Assembly: GCA_963761615.1 (NCBI GenBank)
Contig: CAVXGU010000003.1
Span: forward strand, 907,538 to 971,537
Length of the DNA: 64,000 bases
Direction: 5' to 3'
DNA from: an uncultured Acidobacteriota bacterium
GTDB taxonomy: Bacteria > Acidobacteriota > Vicinamibacteria > Vicinamibacterales > CAVVIG01
How positions within the stretch are numbered: the stretch's first letter is position 1; each line of letters starts with the position of its first letter. Under the pieces are notes generated by a model that saw only the letters and a program-made list of their open reading frames with translations, made no database searches and was not told the DNA's origin. The position numbers and the translations under genes are program-made. Positions 1 through 10,499 of the stretch are shown piece after piece.

Positions 1-423
1 CCCCGCGGCGCCAAGCACGCCAAGAAGCGCATCGGGCGCGGGCAGGGGTCCGGCAACGGCAAGACGGCGGGACGCGGACACAAGGGCGCCAAGTCGCGCT
101 CGGGGTTCAAGTTCAAGCGCGGGTTCGAGGGCGGCCAGATGCCGCTGCACCGGCGCGTGCCCAAGCGCGGATTCTTCAACCCGTTCCGCGTCGCGTACGA
201 AGTGGTGAACCTGGACGACCTGGGGCGCAAGTTCGAAGCCGGTACGGTGATCACGCCGGAGCTCATGCGCGCGGAGGGGCTGATCGCGCGGGGGACGACG
301 CCGGTCAAGGTGCTGGCGCGCGGGGAGGTCGGCAAGGCGCTCACCATCCGCGCGCACAAGTTCAGCGGCAAGGCGGCCGAGAAGATCGCGGCCGCGGGAG
401 GCGCGGCGGAGGCCATCGGCTGA
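1..423 (+). CDS. rplO: 50S ribosomal protein L15 (5' truncated by window)
   Basis: Frame 1 is open from base 1: PRGAKHAKKRIGRGQGSGNGKTAGRGHKG...GFEGGQMPLHRRVPKRGF; directly upstream of secY. Confidence 0.97.
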   Translation, partial: PRGAKHAKKRIGRGQGSGNGKTAGRGHKGAKSRSGFKFKRGFEGGQMPLHRRVPKRGFFNPFRVAYEVVNLDDLGRKFEAGTVITPELMRAEGLIARGTTPVKVLARGEVGKALTIRAHKFSGKAAEKIAAAGGAAEAIG

Positions 424-433
424 CGGAGTCGCC

Positions 434-1816
<1,383 letters not shown>

Positions 1817-1820
1817 GGAC

Positions 1821-2489
1821 GTGGCCCTGAACCTCGTGATGCTGGGCCCGCCCGGAGCGGGCAAGGGCACCCAGGCCGACCGCCTGGCGCGCGTGCGCGG
1901 GATCCCGAAGATCTCGACGGGAGACATCCTGCGCGATGCGGTGCAGCGGGGCACCGAGCTCGGACGGCGCGCGAAGGCGATCATGGACCGCGGCGAGCTG
2001 GTGAGCGACGAGATCATGATCGGCATCGTGCGCGAGCGTCTGGCGAGGTCGGACGCGGCCGGCGGGTTCATCCTGGACGGCTTCCCGCGCACGGTGTCGC
2101 AGGCCGAGGCGCTCGACGACATCATGGACGGGCGTGATCCGCTCGTCATCGTGGACATCGCCGTGCCCGACGCCGAGCTGGTGCGGCGGATCTCCTCGCG
2201 CCGGGTCTGCGAGGCCTGCGGGGCGATTGCCGACGCGGCGGGGGCCGCCACGGGCGCGTGCGCCCGCTGCGGCAGCCGGCTCGTGCAGCGCGACGACGAC
2301 AACGAGGCGTCGGTGCGGACGCGGCTGCAGATCTACCACGAGCGGACGCAGCCCCTCGTGGACTACTACAAGGCGCGGCCGAGCTTCCGCACGGTGGACG
2401 GGGCGCAGCCGGCCGACCACGTCGAGGCGGCCGTCGGCCGCGCGGTGGACGGCGCGGCGGTGGCCCCGGGACGGGCGGCGCGCCCGTGA
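1821..2489 (+). CDS. adk: Adenylate kinase with Zn-binding LID (CEAC...CARC)
   Basis: GPPGAGKGTQ, ISTGDILR and FILDGFPRT motifs; follows secY. Confidence 0.97.
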   Translation: MALNLVMLGPPGAGKGTQADRLARVRGIPKISTGDILRDAVQRGTELGRRAKAIMDRGELVSDEIMIGIVRERLARSDAAGGFILDGFPRTVSQAEALDDIMDGRDPLVIVDIAVPDAELVRRISSRRVCEACGAIADAAGAATGACARCGSRLVQRDDDNEASVRTRLQIYHERTQPLVDYYKARPSFRTVDGAQPADHVEAAVGRAVDGAAVAPGRAARP

Positions 2490-3286
2490 TCGTCTGTCGG
2501 TCGGCCGCGGAGCTCGAACGCCTGAGCGAGGCCGGACGGCTGGTGGGGGAGGTCCTGGTCGAGCTGGCGGCGCAGGTGGCGCCGGGGGTGACGACCGGCG
2601 ACCTGGACGCGCTCGCGGAAGCCCGGATCCGGGCGGCGGGCGCGAGTCCGGCGTTCAAGGGGTACCACGGGTACCCGGCGACGATCTGCGCGTCGATCAA
2701 CGAAGAGGTGATCCACGGGATCCCCTCGCCGTCGCGGGTGCTCCACGAGGGGGACATCCTCTCGATCGACGTCGGGGCGGCGCTCGGCGGGTACTACGGC
2801 GACAGCGCGATCACCGTGGGCGTCGGCCGGATCGCCGACGAGGCGGCTCGGCTGCTGCGGGTGACCGACGAGGCGCTCGCGCTGGGCATCGCGCAGGCGA
2901 TACCCGGCGGGCGCGTGTCGGACATCGGCCACGCCGTGCAGGCGCACGTGGAGGCGAACGGGTTCTCGGTGGTCCGCGAGTTCGTGGGCCACGGCATCGG
3001 GCAGAAGATGCACGAGGAGCCGCAGGTGCCCAACTACGGCGAGCCCGGCCGGGGGCCGCGCCTGGCCGAGGGCATGGTGATCGCGATCGAGCCGATGGTG
3101 AACGCGGGCCGGCCGGCCGTGAAGGTGCTGGCGGACGGGTGGACGGCGGTGACGCGCGACACGAGCCTGTCGGCGCACTTCGAGCACACCGTCGCCATCA
3201 CCGCCGCCGGTCCCTGGGTGCTGACGGCGCGGACGACGGGCGCCGCGGCGTCGGATGGCAAGCGCCCCGCCGCCGCCAGGCGCTGA
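2486..3286 (+). CDS. map: Type I methionine aminopeptidase
   Basis: GTG at 2486 overlaps the adk TGA; SINEEVIHGIP, GHGIG..MHEEP, IAIEPM and SAHFEHT motifs. Confidence 0.96.
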   Translation: MIVCRSAAELERLSEAGRLVGEVLVELAAQVAPGVTTGDLDALAEARIRAAGASPAFKGYHGYPATICASINEEVIHGIPSPSRVLHEGDILSIDVGAALGGYYGDSAITVGVGRIADEAARLLRVTDEALALGIAQAIPGGRVSDIGHAVQAHVEANGFSVVREFVGHGIGQKMHEEPQVPNYGEPGRGPRLAEGMVIAIEPMVNAGRPAVKVLADGWTAVTRDTSLSAHFEHTVAITAAGPWVLTARTTGAAASDGKRPAAARR

Positions 3287-3515
3287 GCCGGTGGCGGAGG
3301 CGTCGCCGGCGCGGACGCGGCTGGCGACGGTCGTCGAGGCGCTGCCGAGCGGCCTGTACCGGGTGCGGCTCGACGACGGGCCGCACGCGACGGTGCACGT
3401 CGTGGATCGGGTGGATCGTAACTTCGTCCGGGTGCTGGTCGGCGATCGGGTGCGCGTGGAATTGTCGCCCGTGGATCCCGGCCGCGGCCGGATCGTAGAG
3501 AAGGCTCAGGGGTAG
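3255..3515 (+). CDS. infA: Translation initiation factor IF-1, divergent (alternative start GTG 3291)
   Basis: Located between map and rpmJ; TVVEALPSG.YRVRLDDG and VRVLVGDRVRVELSP.DP.RGRIV match the IF-1 OB fold. Confidence 0.85.
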   Translation: MASAPPPPGAEPVAEASPARTRLATVVEALPSGLYRVRLDDGPHATVHVVDRVDRNFVRVLVGDRVRVELSPVDPGRGRIVEKAQG

Positions 3516-3518
3516 CTG

Positions 3519-3632
3519 ATGAAAGTTCGTGCATCGGTCAAACGCATGTGCGCCAAGTGCAAGATCATCCGCCGCCGCGGCGTGGTGCGGGTGATCTGTC
3601 CGAATCAGAAGCACAAGCAGAGGCAGGGCTGA
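3519..3632 (+). CDS. rpmJ: 50S ribosomal protein L36, Zn-ribbon form (not in ORF track)
   Basis: Manual translation [37 protein letters not shown]. Confidence 0.97.
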   Translation: MKVRASVKRMCAKCKIIRRRGVVRVICPNQKHKQRQG

Positions 3633-3633
3633 C

Positions 3634-4008
3634 ATGGCTCGTATCGCAGGCGTGGACTTGCCGCGCACCAAGCGGGTGGAAATCGGGCTGACCTACATCT
3701 TCGGGATCGGCCGCGTCCGCTCGAACGGCATCCTCAAGGAAGCCGGGGTTGGTCCCGACATCCGGGTCAAGGATCTCTCCGAGGACGACGTCCGGAAGAT
3801 CAGCCGCGTGATCGAGGAACAGGGCGGGGTGGAAGGCGACCTGCGCAAGGAGGTCTCCATGAACATCAAGCGCCTGATGGAGATCGGCTGCTACCGCGGC
3901 ATGCGGCACCGCCGGGGCCTGCCCGTGCGGGGGCAGCGGACGCGCACCAACGCCCGGACCCGCAAGGGCCCGCGTCGCGGGGCGATCGCGAAGAAGAAGA
4001 CGGTCTAG
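3634..4008 (+). CDS. rpsM: 30S ribosomal protein S13
   Basis: [10 protein letters not shown]...[26 protein letters not shown]. Confidence 0.98.
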   Translation: MARIAGVDLPRTKRVEIGLTYIFGIGRVRSNGILKEAGVGPDIRVKDLSEDDVRKISRVIEEQGGVEGDLRKEVSMNIKRLMEIGCYRGMRHRRGLPVRGQRTRTNARTRKGPRRGAIAKKKTV

Positions 4009-4057
4009 CCGGGAGCGGGGTCCCGGCGCCATTGAGGGAAGATAGAAGACGCAACCT

Positions 4058-4504
4058 ATGGCCAAGAGCGAACCGACAGCGGACGCCGCAGCCCTCCCGG
4101 AAAAGGAAGGGACCGGCAAGCGGAAGAAGACCTTCAAGAAGCGCGGCGAGAAGCGCATCGTTCATCACGGGCTGGCGCACATCCAGGCGTCGTTCAACAA
4201 CACCGTGGTGACGATTACCGACACCGAAGGGAACGTCGTCGCCTGGTCGAGCGCCGGCGGCATCGGCTTCAAGGGATCGCGCAAGGGCACGCCGTTCGCC
4301 GCGACGCAGGCCGCCCTCAACGCAGGGAACGCCGCGAAGGCGATCGGCATGCGGTCGCTGGACGTGCGCGTGAAGGGCCCCGGGTCGGGCCGCGAGTCGG
4401 CGATTCGCGCGCTGCAGACCGTGGGGCTCGAGGTGAAGTCGATTCGCGACGTGACGCCGATCCCGCACAACGGATGCCGGCCCCCGAAGCGGAGGAGAGT
4501 GTAA
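4058..4504 (+). CDS. rpsK: 30S ribosomal protein S11
   Basis: [22 protein letters not shown] and [18 protein letters not shown]. Confidence 0.98.
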   Translation: MAKSEPTADAAALPEKEGTGKRKKTFKKRGEKRIVHHGLAHIQASFNNTVVTITDTEGNVVAWSSAGGIGFKGSRKGTPFAATQAALNAGNAAKAIGMRSLDVRVKGPGSGRESAIRALQTVGLEVKSIRDVTPIPHNGCRPPKRRRV

Positions 4505-5134
4505 ATGGCGCGCTACATCGGCCCCGTCTGCCGGCTCTGCCGCCGGGAGGGCATGAAGCTGTTCCTGAAGGGTGAGCGGTGCTACACGGAGAAGTGCGCG
4601 ATCGAGAAGCGCAACTTCGCGCCCGGACAGCACGGGAAGTCGCGCCGGACGAAGCTGTCGGGCTACGGCCTGCAGCTGCGCGAGAAGCAGAAGGTCAAGC
4701 GCATCTACGGCGTGCTCGAGGATCAGTTCCGCCACTACTTCGAGGCGGCCGAGCGCACGCGCGGGATCACGGGCGAGATGCTGCTGCAGCTGCTGGAACG
4801 GCGGCTCGACAACGTCGTCTATCGCCTCGGCTTCGCCACCTCGCGTGCCCAGGCCCGGCAGATGGTGCGCCACGGCCACTTCCAGGTGAACGGCCGGAAG
4901 GTGGACATCCCGTCGTACTCGGTGCGCCAGGGCGACCTCGTCACCGTGATCGAGCGGAGCCGGACGAATCCCACCATCGAGCACGCGATGGAAGAGGTCA
5001 AGGGGCGCGGCGTACCCGAGTGGCTGTCGGTCGACTCCGCCGCGGCGACCGGCCGGGTGGTGACGATGCCGACGCGCGAGCAGATCAACCTGCCCGTCCA
5101 GGAACAGCTGATCGTGGAGTTGTATTCGAAGTAG
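4505..5134 (+). CDS. rpsD: 30S ribosomal protein S4 (Cys/Zn form)
   Basis: [29 protein letters not shown] and LIVELYSK. Confidence 0.98.
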   Translation: MARYIGPVCRLCRREGMKLFLKGERCYTEKCAIEKRNFAPGQHGKSRRTKLSGYGLQLREKQKVKRIYGVLEDQFRHYFEAAERTRGITGEMLLQLLERRLDNVVYRLGFATSRAQARQMVRHGHFQVNGRKVDIPSYSVRQGDLVTVIERSRTNPTIEHAMEEVKGRGVPEWLSVDSAAATGRVVTMPTREQINLPVQEQLIVELYSK

Positions 5135-5246
5135 GCGTGTTCGCACGCCACCGGCCCGCAGCCTTACACAGACCTGCGGCGGGAGGCCGGTGGTCACTGG
5201 CAGGTCTGGAGGCCCGTCTGCGGGCCCGTAGGCGAAAGGACGCATC

Positions 5247-6233
5247 ATGCTCTGGAGAGGATTTCAGCGGCCGAAGCGGCTCGAGTTCGAGCGCGAGACC
5301 CTGACGGATCGGTTCGGCCGCTTCTACGCGCAGCCATTCGAGCGCGGGTTCGGCACGACAATCGGCAACGCGCTGCGGCGCGTGCTGCTGTCGTCGATCG
5401 AGGGCGCGGCGATCACCGCGGTGCGCATCGAGGGCGTGCTGCACGAGTTCTCGCCCATTCCCGGGGTGGTCGAGGACGCGACCGACATCATCCTGAACCT
5501 CAAGCAGATTCCGCTGAAGCTGCACGTCGATCACACCAAGACGCTGGTCCTCCGCGTGGACAAGCCCGGTGAGGTGCGCGCGCGCGACATCCAGGCCGAT
5601 GCCGACGTCGAGATTCTCGAGCCGGACGCCCACATCGCGACCGTCGCCGAGGGCGGCAAGCTCCAGATGGAGATGCGGATGAAGCGCGGTCGGGGATACG
5701 TGTCGGCCGACAAGAACTTCGACGAGGATCTCGGGATCGGCTGGATCCCGATCGACTCGGTGCACTCGCCGATCAAGAAAGTGAACTACCTGGTCGAGGC
5801 CGCGCGCCTCGGACAGACGACCGACTACGACAAGCTGACGGTGGACGTCTGGACCAACGGCTCGATCAATCCGCGCGACGCGGTGTCGCTCGCGGCGAAG
5901 CTGGTGCGCGATCACCTGAACATCTTCATCAACCTCGAAGAAGGCTCCGAGCAGATGGCCGAGGCGCTGGCCGACCTGCCGCGCCCCGGCGTGAGCAACG
6001 AGAACCTCGACAAGAGCGTCGAGGAGCTCGAGCTCTCCGTCCGCTCGTACAACTGTCTGAAGAACGCGAACATCCGGACGATCCGGGAGCTCGTGCAGAA
6101 GACCGAGGCCGAGATGCTCAAGACGAAGAACTTCGGCCGCAAGAGCCTGAACGAGATCAAAGAGATCCTGCACACGATGGGGCTGAGCCTCGGCATGCGT
6201 CTCGATCAGCCGAGCTCGGCGGGTCAGGAGTAA
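5247..6233 (+). CDS. rpoA: RNA polymerase alpha subunit
   Basis: [34 protein letters not shown] and [10 protein letters not shown]. Confidence 0.98.
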   Translation: MLWRGFQRPKRLEFERETLTDRFGRFYAQPFERGFGTTIGNALRRVLLSSIEGAAITAVRIEGVLHEFSPIPGVVEDATDIILNLKQIPLKLHVDHTKTLVLRVDKPGEVRARDIQADADVEILEPDAHIATVAEGGKLQMEMRMKRGRGYVSADKNFDEDLGIGWIPIDSVHSPIKKVNYLVEAARLGQTTDYDKLTVDVWTNGSINPRDAVSLAAKLVRDHLNIFINLEEGSEQMAEALADLPRPGVSNENLDKSVEELELSVRSYNCLKNANIRTIRELVQKTEAEMLKTKNFGRKSLNEIKEILHTMGLSLGMRLDQPSSAGQE

Positions 6234-6327
6234 CGACGAGCCGTGAACGCGGACCGACGGCCGGCGCACGCGCCGGATCGTCGGCGACGGCCACGAGCGG
6301 GGGTGGTTCCCCGCGAGAGATAGGGAA

Positions 6328-6924
6328 ATGAGGCACCGAGTCGCACACCGGAAGCTGGGGCGGGTCACCGAGCATCGCGTCGCGATGCTCCGGAACCAGG
6401 CGACGGCCCTGCTCAAGCACGAGCATCTGACGACGACCGTGCCGCGGGCCAAGGAACTGCGGCCGTTCGTCGAGCGGTTGATCACGATCGCCAAGCGCGG
6501 CGTGGCCGACGGCGCGGCCAACGGACGGGTGCTCACCGCCCGCCGGCTGGTCCTGCAGGATCTGCAGGACCGCGAGGTCGTGGGAAAGCTGTTCGACACG
6601 ATCGCCCCGCGCTTCGCGTCCAGGCCGGGCGGCTACACGCGCCTGCTGCGCCTGGGCTACCGGCGCGGCGACAGCGCGGAAGTCGCCCAAGTCGAGCTCG
6701 TCGGGAGCGAGTACGATCCGACGAAGAAGGCCGAGGCGCCGACCGAGGACGGCGCGAAGCCGAAGGCGAAGACCAAGGGCGTCGGCGACCGCCTGAAGGC
6801 CGCGGCAGAGCGCCTGCGCGGCAAGAAGGCCGAGGAGGAAGGCGGCAAGGGCAAGAAGGCGTCGGCGCCCGCGAGGGACGTCAAGCGCCGCTCGACCACG
6901 CCGCGAAAGGCCGGCGGCAGCTAG
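6328..6924 (+). CDS. rplQ: 50S ribosomal protein L17 with Lys/Glu-rich C-terminal extension
   Basis: MRHRVAHRKLGR, TTVPRAKELR and RPGGYTR. Confidence 0.97.
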   Translation: MRHRVAHRKLGRVTEHRVAMLRNQATALLKHEHLTTTVPRAKELRPFVERLITIAKRGVADGAANGRVLTARRLVLQDLQDREVVGKLFDTIAPRFASRPGGYTRLLRLGYRRGDSAEVAQVELVGSEYDPTKKAEAPTEDGAKPKAKTKGVGDRLKAAAERLRGKKAEEEGGKGKKASAPARDVKRRSTTPRKAGGS

Positions 6925-7041
6925 CGGCCGGCCTCACGTTTCGCGCCCGGTGCCTGGCGCCGGGACCCTTGCGGGTCCCCGGGGCCGGTGCACCGGGTGT
7001 CTCGCATCTCCCCCCAGGCGCCCGACCCCGGGCTACGCTCG

Positions 7042-9135
7042 TCACTCCTCGACCGCCACCTCCCCGCGCTCGGTTTTGGCCGCGGCGATGATCTTCGTCT
7101 GGATGTGGGCCGGCACTTCCTCGTAGTGCGAGTACTCCATGTGATAGGAGCCGCGCCCGCCGGTGGCCGAGGTCAGGTGCTGCTCGTAGCTGAGCATCTC
7201 GGACATCGGCACCTGGGCCTTGATGATGGTGGTGGCGCCGCGCGTGTCCATGCCGGCGATGCGTCCACGCCGGCCGTTGAGGTCGCCCATCAGGTCGCCG
7301 GCGAAGTCCGACGGGGCGTACACCTCCACGTCCATGATGGGCTCCAGGAGCGTCGGACGCGCCCGGGTCATGGCGTCCTTGAAGGCGAGCGAGCCCGCCA
7401 TCTTGAACGAGAGCTCGTTGGAGTCCACATCGTGGTACGCGCCGTCGAACACGGTGACCTTGAAGTCGACCATCGGGTAGCCGGCGAGATAGCCGCGCTG
7501 GCGGGCGTCCTGGATCCCCTTTTCGACGGCGGGGACGAACTGGCGGGGAATGGCCCCGCCGAAGATGTCGTCGACGAACGCGAAGTCGGACCCTCGCGGC
7601 AGCGGCTCGACGCGGATCTTGCAGTCGCCGAACTGGCCGTGCCCCCCGGTCTGCTTCTTGTGGCGGCCGTGAGCCTCGGTGGGGGCCTTGATCGTCTCCA
7701 GGTACGGGATGCGCGGCGGCTTCAGGTTGACGTCGACGCCGAAGCGGCGCTTCAGCTTCGCGACGGTCACCTCGATGTGCAGCTGGCCCTGACCGGAGAG
7801 GAGCAGCTCCTTGGTCTGCGCGTCGCGGCTGTACCGGATCGAGGGGTCCTCCTCTTCGAGCCGGTGCATCGAGCTGCTGATCTTGTCCTCGTCCCCCCGG
7901 CTCTTCGGCTCGATGGCATACGAGAGTACGGGCTCCGGGAACTTGATGGGCGGAAACGTGAACCCGGCGCCTTTGTCGCCGAGGGTGTCGCCGGTGCGGG
8001 TGTCCTTGAGCTTGGCGACCGCGCCCAGGTCGCCGGCGCGCAGCTCGGTCACGTTCGTCTGCGTCTTGCCCTGGAGCAGGACGAGATGGCCCACGCGCTC
8101 CTGCGCGTCGCGCGTGACGTTCTGCACGGTCGCGTCGGCCTTCAGCACCCCCGTGAAGACGCGGAACATGGTGATGCGGCCCGCGAAGGGGTCCGCGATC
8201 GTCTTCCAGACGAACGCAGCCGTAGGGCCGTCCTCGTTCGTGGCGCGCGTGACCGGCTGGCCGGCCTCGTCGAGCGCCCGGAACTCGCGCTCGGCGGGCG
8301 ACGGCAGGTACGAGGCGATGGCGTCGAGCAGCTGCGGCGCGCCGACGTTGGCGAGCGCGGAGGTGCAGACCAGGGGGAACACGGCGCCCTTCAGCACGGC
8401 GGTGCGCAGACCTGCGACCAGCTCCTCGTCGCTCAGCGTGCCGGCTTCGAAGAACGTCTCCATGAGCTTCTCGTCCGACTCGGCGACCATCTCGATGAGC
8501 GCTTCCCGGGCGGCGCCGGCGGCGTCGGCCATCGCGGCGGGCACCTCGCCCTCGCTGAAGCGCCCGCTGCCGTCGGGCTCGAAGAGGTAGGCCTTGTTCG
8601 CCACGAGATCCACCACCCCGCGGAAGTCCTTTTCCTCGCCGATCGGGAGCTGGATGGGAATCACGGTGCGGTTGCACGACTCGTGCAGCGACTCGAGCGA
8701 GCGCGCGAGGCTGGAGCGCTCGCGGTCGAGCCGGTTGAGCACGACCATGCGCGGGAGTCCCAGCTCCTCCGCGATCGCCCAGACTTTTTCGGTCTGCACC
8801 ATCGGCCCGGCGACCGCGTCCACCACGACCAGCGCGGCATCGACGACGCGCAGGGCAGCGCGCGCGTCGCTCAGGAAGTTGCCCATCCCGGGCGTATCGA
8901 TGAGATTGATCTTGAGCCTGTTCCACTCCGCGTAGGCGAGGCTCGCCGACAGCGTGTGCTGCCGGGCGATCTCCTCTTCGTCGAAGTCGGTGACGGTCGT
9001 GCCCTCATCGACCTTGCCGAGGCGGTTGACCATGCCGGCGTCCGAGAGGATGGCGGAGGTGAGCTGCGTCTTGCCCGATCCCGTATGCCCGACGAGGGCC
9101 GTGTTTCGAATGCTGGACGCGTCGTAGACCTTCAT
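7042..9135 (-). CDS. fusA: Elongation factor G paralog (EF-G2 type)
   Basis: Full EF-G architecture (GHTGSGKT, KKQTGGHGQFG, YHDVDS) but divergent G2/G3/G4 motifs; outside the str operon. Confidence 0.93.
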   Translation of the reverse strand: MKVYDASSIRNTALVGHTGSGKTQLTSAILSDAGMVNRLGKVDEGTTVTDFDEEEIARQHTLSASLAYAEWNRLKINLIDTPGMGNFLSDARAALRVVDAALVVVDAVAGPMVQTEKVWAIAEELGLPRMVVLNRLDRERSSLARSLESLHESCNRTVIPIQLPIGEEKDFRGVVDLVANKAYLFEPDGSGRFSEGEVPAAMADAAGAAREALIEMVAESDEKLMETFFEAGTLSDEELVAGLRTAVLKGAVFPLVCTSALANVGAPQLLDAIASYLPSPAEREFRALDEAGQPVTRATNEDGPTAAFVWKTIADPFAGRITMFRVFTGVLKADATVQNVTRDAQERVGHLVLLQGKTQTNVTELRAGDLGAVAKLKDTRTGDTLGDKGAGFTFPPIKFPEPVLSYAIEPKSRGDEDKISSSMHRLEEEDPSIRYSRDAQTKELLLSGQGQLHIEVTVAKLKRRFGVDVNLKPPRIPYLETIKAPTEAHGRHKKQTGGHGQFGDCKIRVEPLPRGSDFAFVDDIFGGAIPRQFVPAVEKGIQDARQRGYLAGYPMVDFKVTVFDGAYHDVDSNELSFKMAGSLAFKDAMTRARPTLLEPIMDVEVYAPSDFAGDLMGDLNGRRGRIAGMDTRGATTIIKAQVPMSEMLSYEQHLTSATGGRGSYHMEYSHYEEVPAHIQTKIIAAAKTERGEVAVEE

Positions 9136-9203
9136 GTGTGGAGTCCCCCTGTCCGCTCTGGCGCATCATATGCGTGCGCGGAGGCCCCCGCAAGGCTGGC
9201 GCC

Positions 9204-10499
9204 CTACTCGTAGCGCAGGGCGTCGATCGGGTCGAGGCGCGAGGCTTTGACGGCGGGGTACATGCCGAAGAAGATCCCGACGGCGATCGAGAAACCGAGC
9301 CCGAGGGCGAACGACCACCACGGCAGGGAGACGGGGAAGCCCGAGACCAGGTGGACCGTCCAGCCGATCGCGCTTCCGAGCGCGATCCCCAGGATGCCGC
9401 CGATCGAGGTCAGGAACGCGGCCTCGACGAGGAACTGGAAGAGGATCTCCGCGCGGCGCGCGCCGAGGGCCTTGCGGACGCCGATCTCGCGCGTCCGCTC
9501 GGTGACCGAAATCGACATGATCGCCATCACGCCGATCCCGCCGACCATCAACGCAATCGACGAGATCACGACGAGGGCGAGCAGGGTCGCCTGGCTGACC
9601 CGGTTCCAGAGCTGCAGGAACTGGTCCTGCGTGACGATGTCGAAGTCGTCGGGCTCGTCGAGTCGCAGATTGTGGCGGATTCGCATCACGCGCTCCACGT
9701 CGGCGATCGCCTGCGTCGCCGTGTAGCCGTCGCGGGGCAGCACGGAGATCTGGATGTTCATCAGTGCCGTGGACCGGACGATGCGCGTCGCCCGCAGTCC
9801 GAACGTCTGCTGGTAGACCGTGTAGGGAATGACGACGAAGTCGTCCTGCTGCAGGTTGAACCCGCCGGCGGCGGGGCGGGCGTCGAACACGCCGACCACC
9901 TCGTAGCGGTCGCTGCCGATCCGCACGGTCTTGCCGATGGGATCGATGCCGGTCGGTTCGAAGAGCACCTTGTAGGCGGTGTTGCCGAGCACGACGACGT
10001 GCTTGCGGTAGCGCACCTCGATGCCGTTGAAGAAGCGTCCCGTGAGCATCGGGATCCGCGTACCCTGGGCGAAGAACTCGCCCGTTCCGAACACGAGCTG
10101 GGGCCGCGTGCGCTGGTCGCTGTAGTAGACGCGCTCCTGGTTCACGGCGCCGGGTCCGCCGGCCCCGAACTCGATGTCGACGGTGCCGACGCTCGGCGCG
10201 CCTTCCTCGATCGCGCGGGCGTCGCCCGTGTTCAGGTTCGGGCGCTTCAGCAGTTCCTCGAGCTGCGCGCCGTTGGCGAAGCTCGTCACGCCGAAGCGCT
10301 GGATGAAGATGGTATCGGGGCCGATGCTGCGGATGAGGCCGCGAAGCGACTGGTCGAATCCCCGGATGAGGGACGTCATGCCGACGATGGCCGTGACGCC
10401 AATCACGACCCCGAGGACGGTGAGCCCCGACCGGAGCTTGTTGCTGCGCACCGTATCGATGGCCATCGCGACGACTTCGGAGAAGATGGTGAATCGCAT
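9204..10499 (-). CDS. MacB/FtsX-family ABC permease (no NBD)
   Basis: LRSGLTVLGVVIGV, VGGIGVMAIMSISVTERTREIGVRKALGA and SRLDPIDALRYE. Confidence 0.93.
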   Translation of the reverse strand: MRFTIFSEVVAMAIDTVRSNKLRSGLTVLGVVIGVTAIVGMTSLIRGFDQSLRGLIRSIGPDTIFIQRFGVTSFANGAQLEELLKRPNLNTGDARAIEEGAPSVGTVDIEFGAGGPGAVNQERVYYSDQRTRPQLVFGTGEFFAQGTRIPMLTGRFFNGIEVRYRKHVVVLGNTAYKVLFEPTGIDPIGKTVRIGSDRYEVVGVFDARPAAGGFNLQQDDFVVIPYTVYQQTFGLRATRIVRSTALMNIQISVLPRDGYTATQAIADVERVMRIRHNLRLDEPDDFDIVTQDQFLQLWNRVSQATLLALVVISSIALMVGGIGVMAIMSISVTERTREIGVRKALGARRAEILFQFLVEAAFLTSIGGILGIALGSAIGWTVHLVSGFPVSLPWWSFALGLGFSIAVGIFFGMYPAVKASRLDPIDALRYE

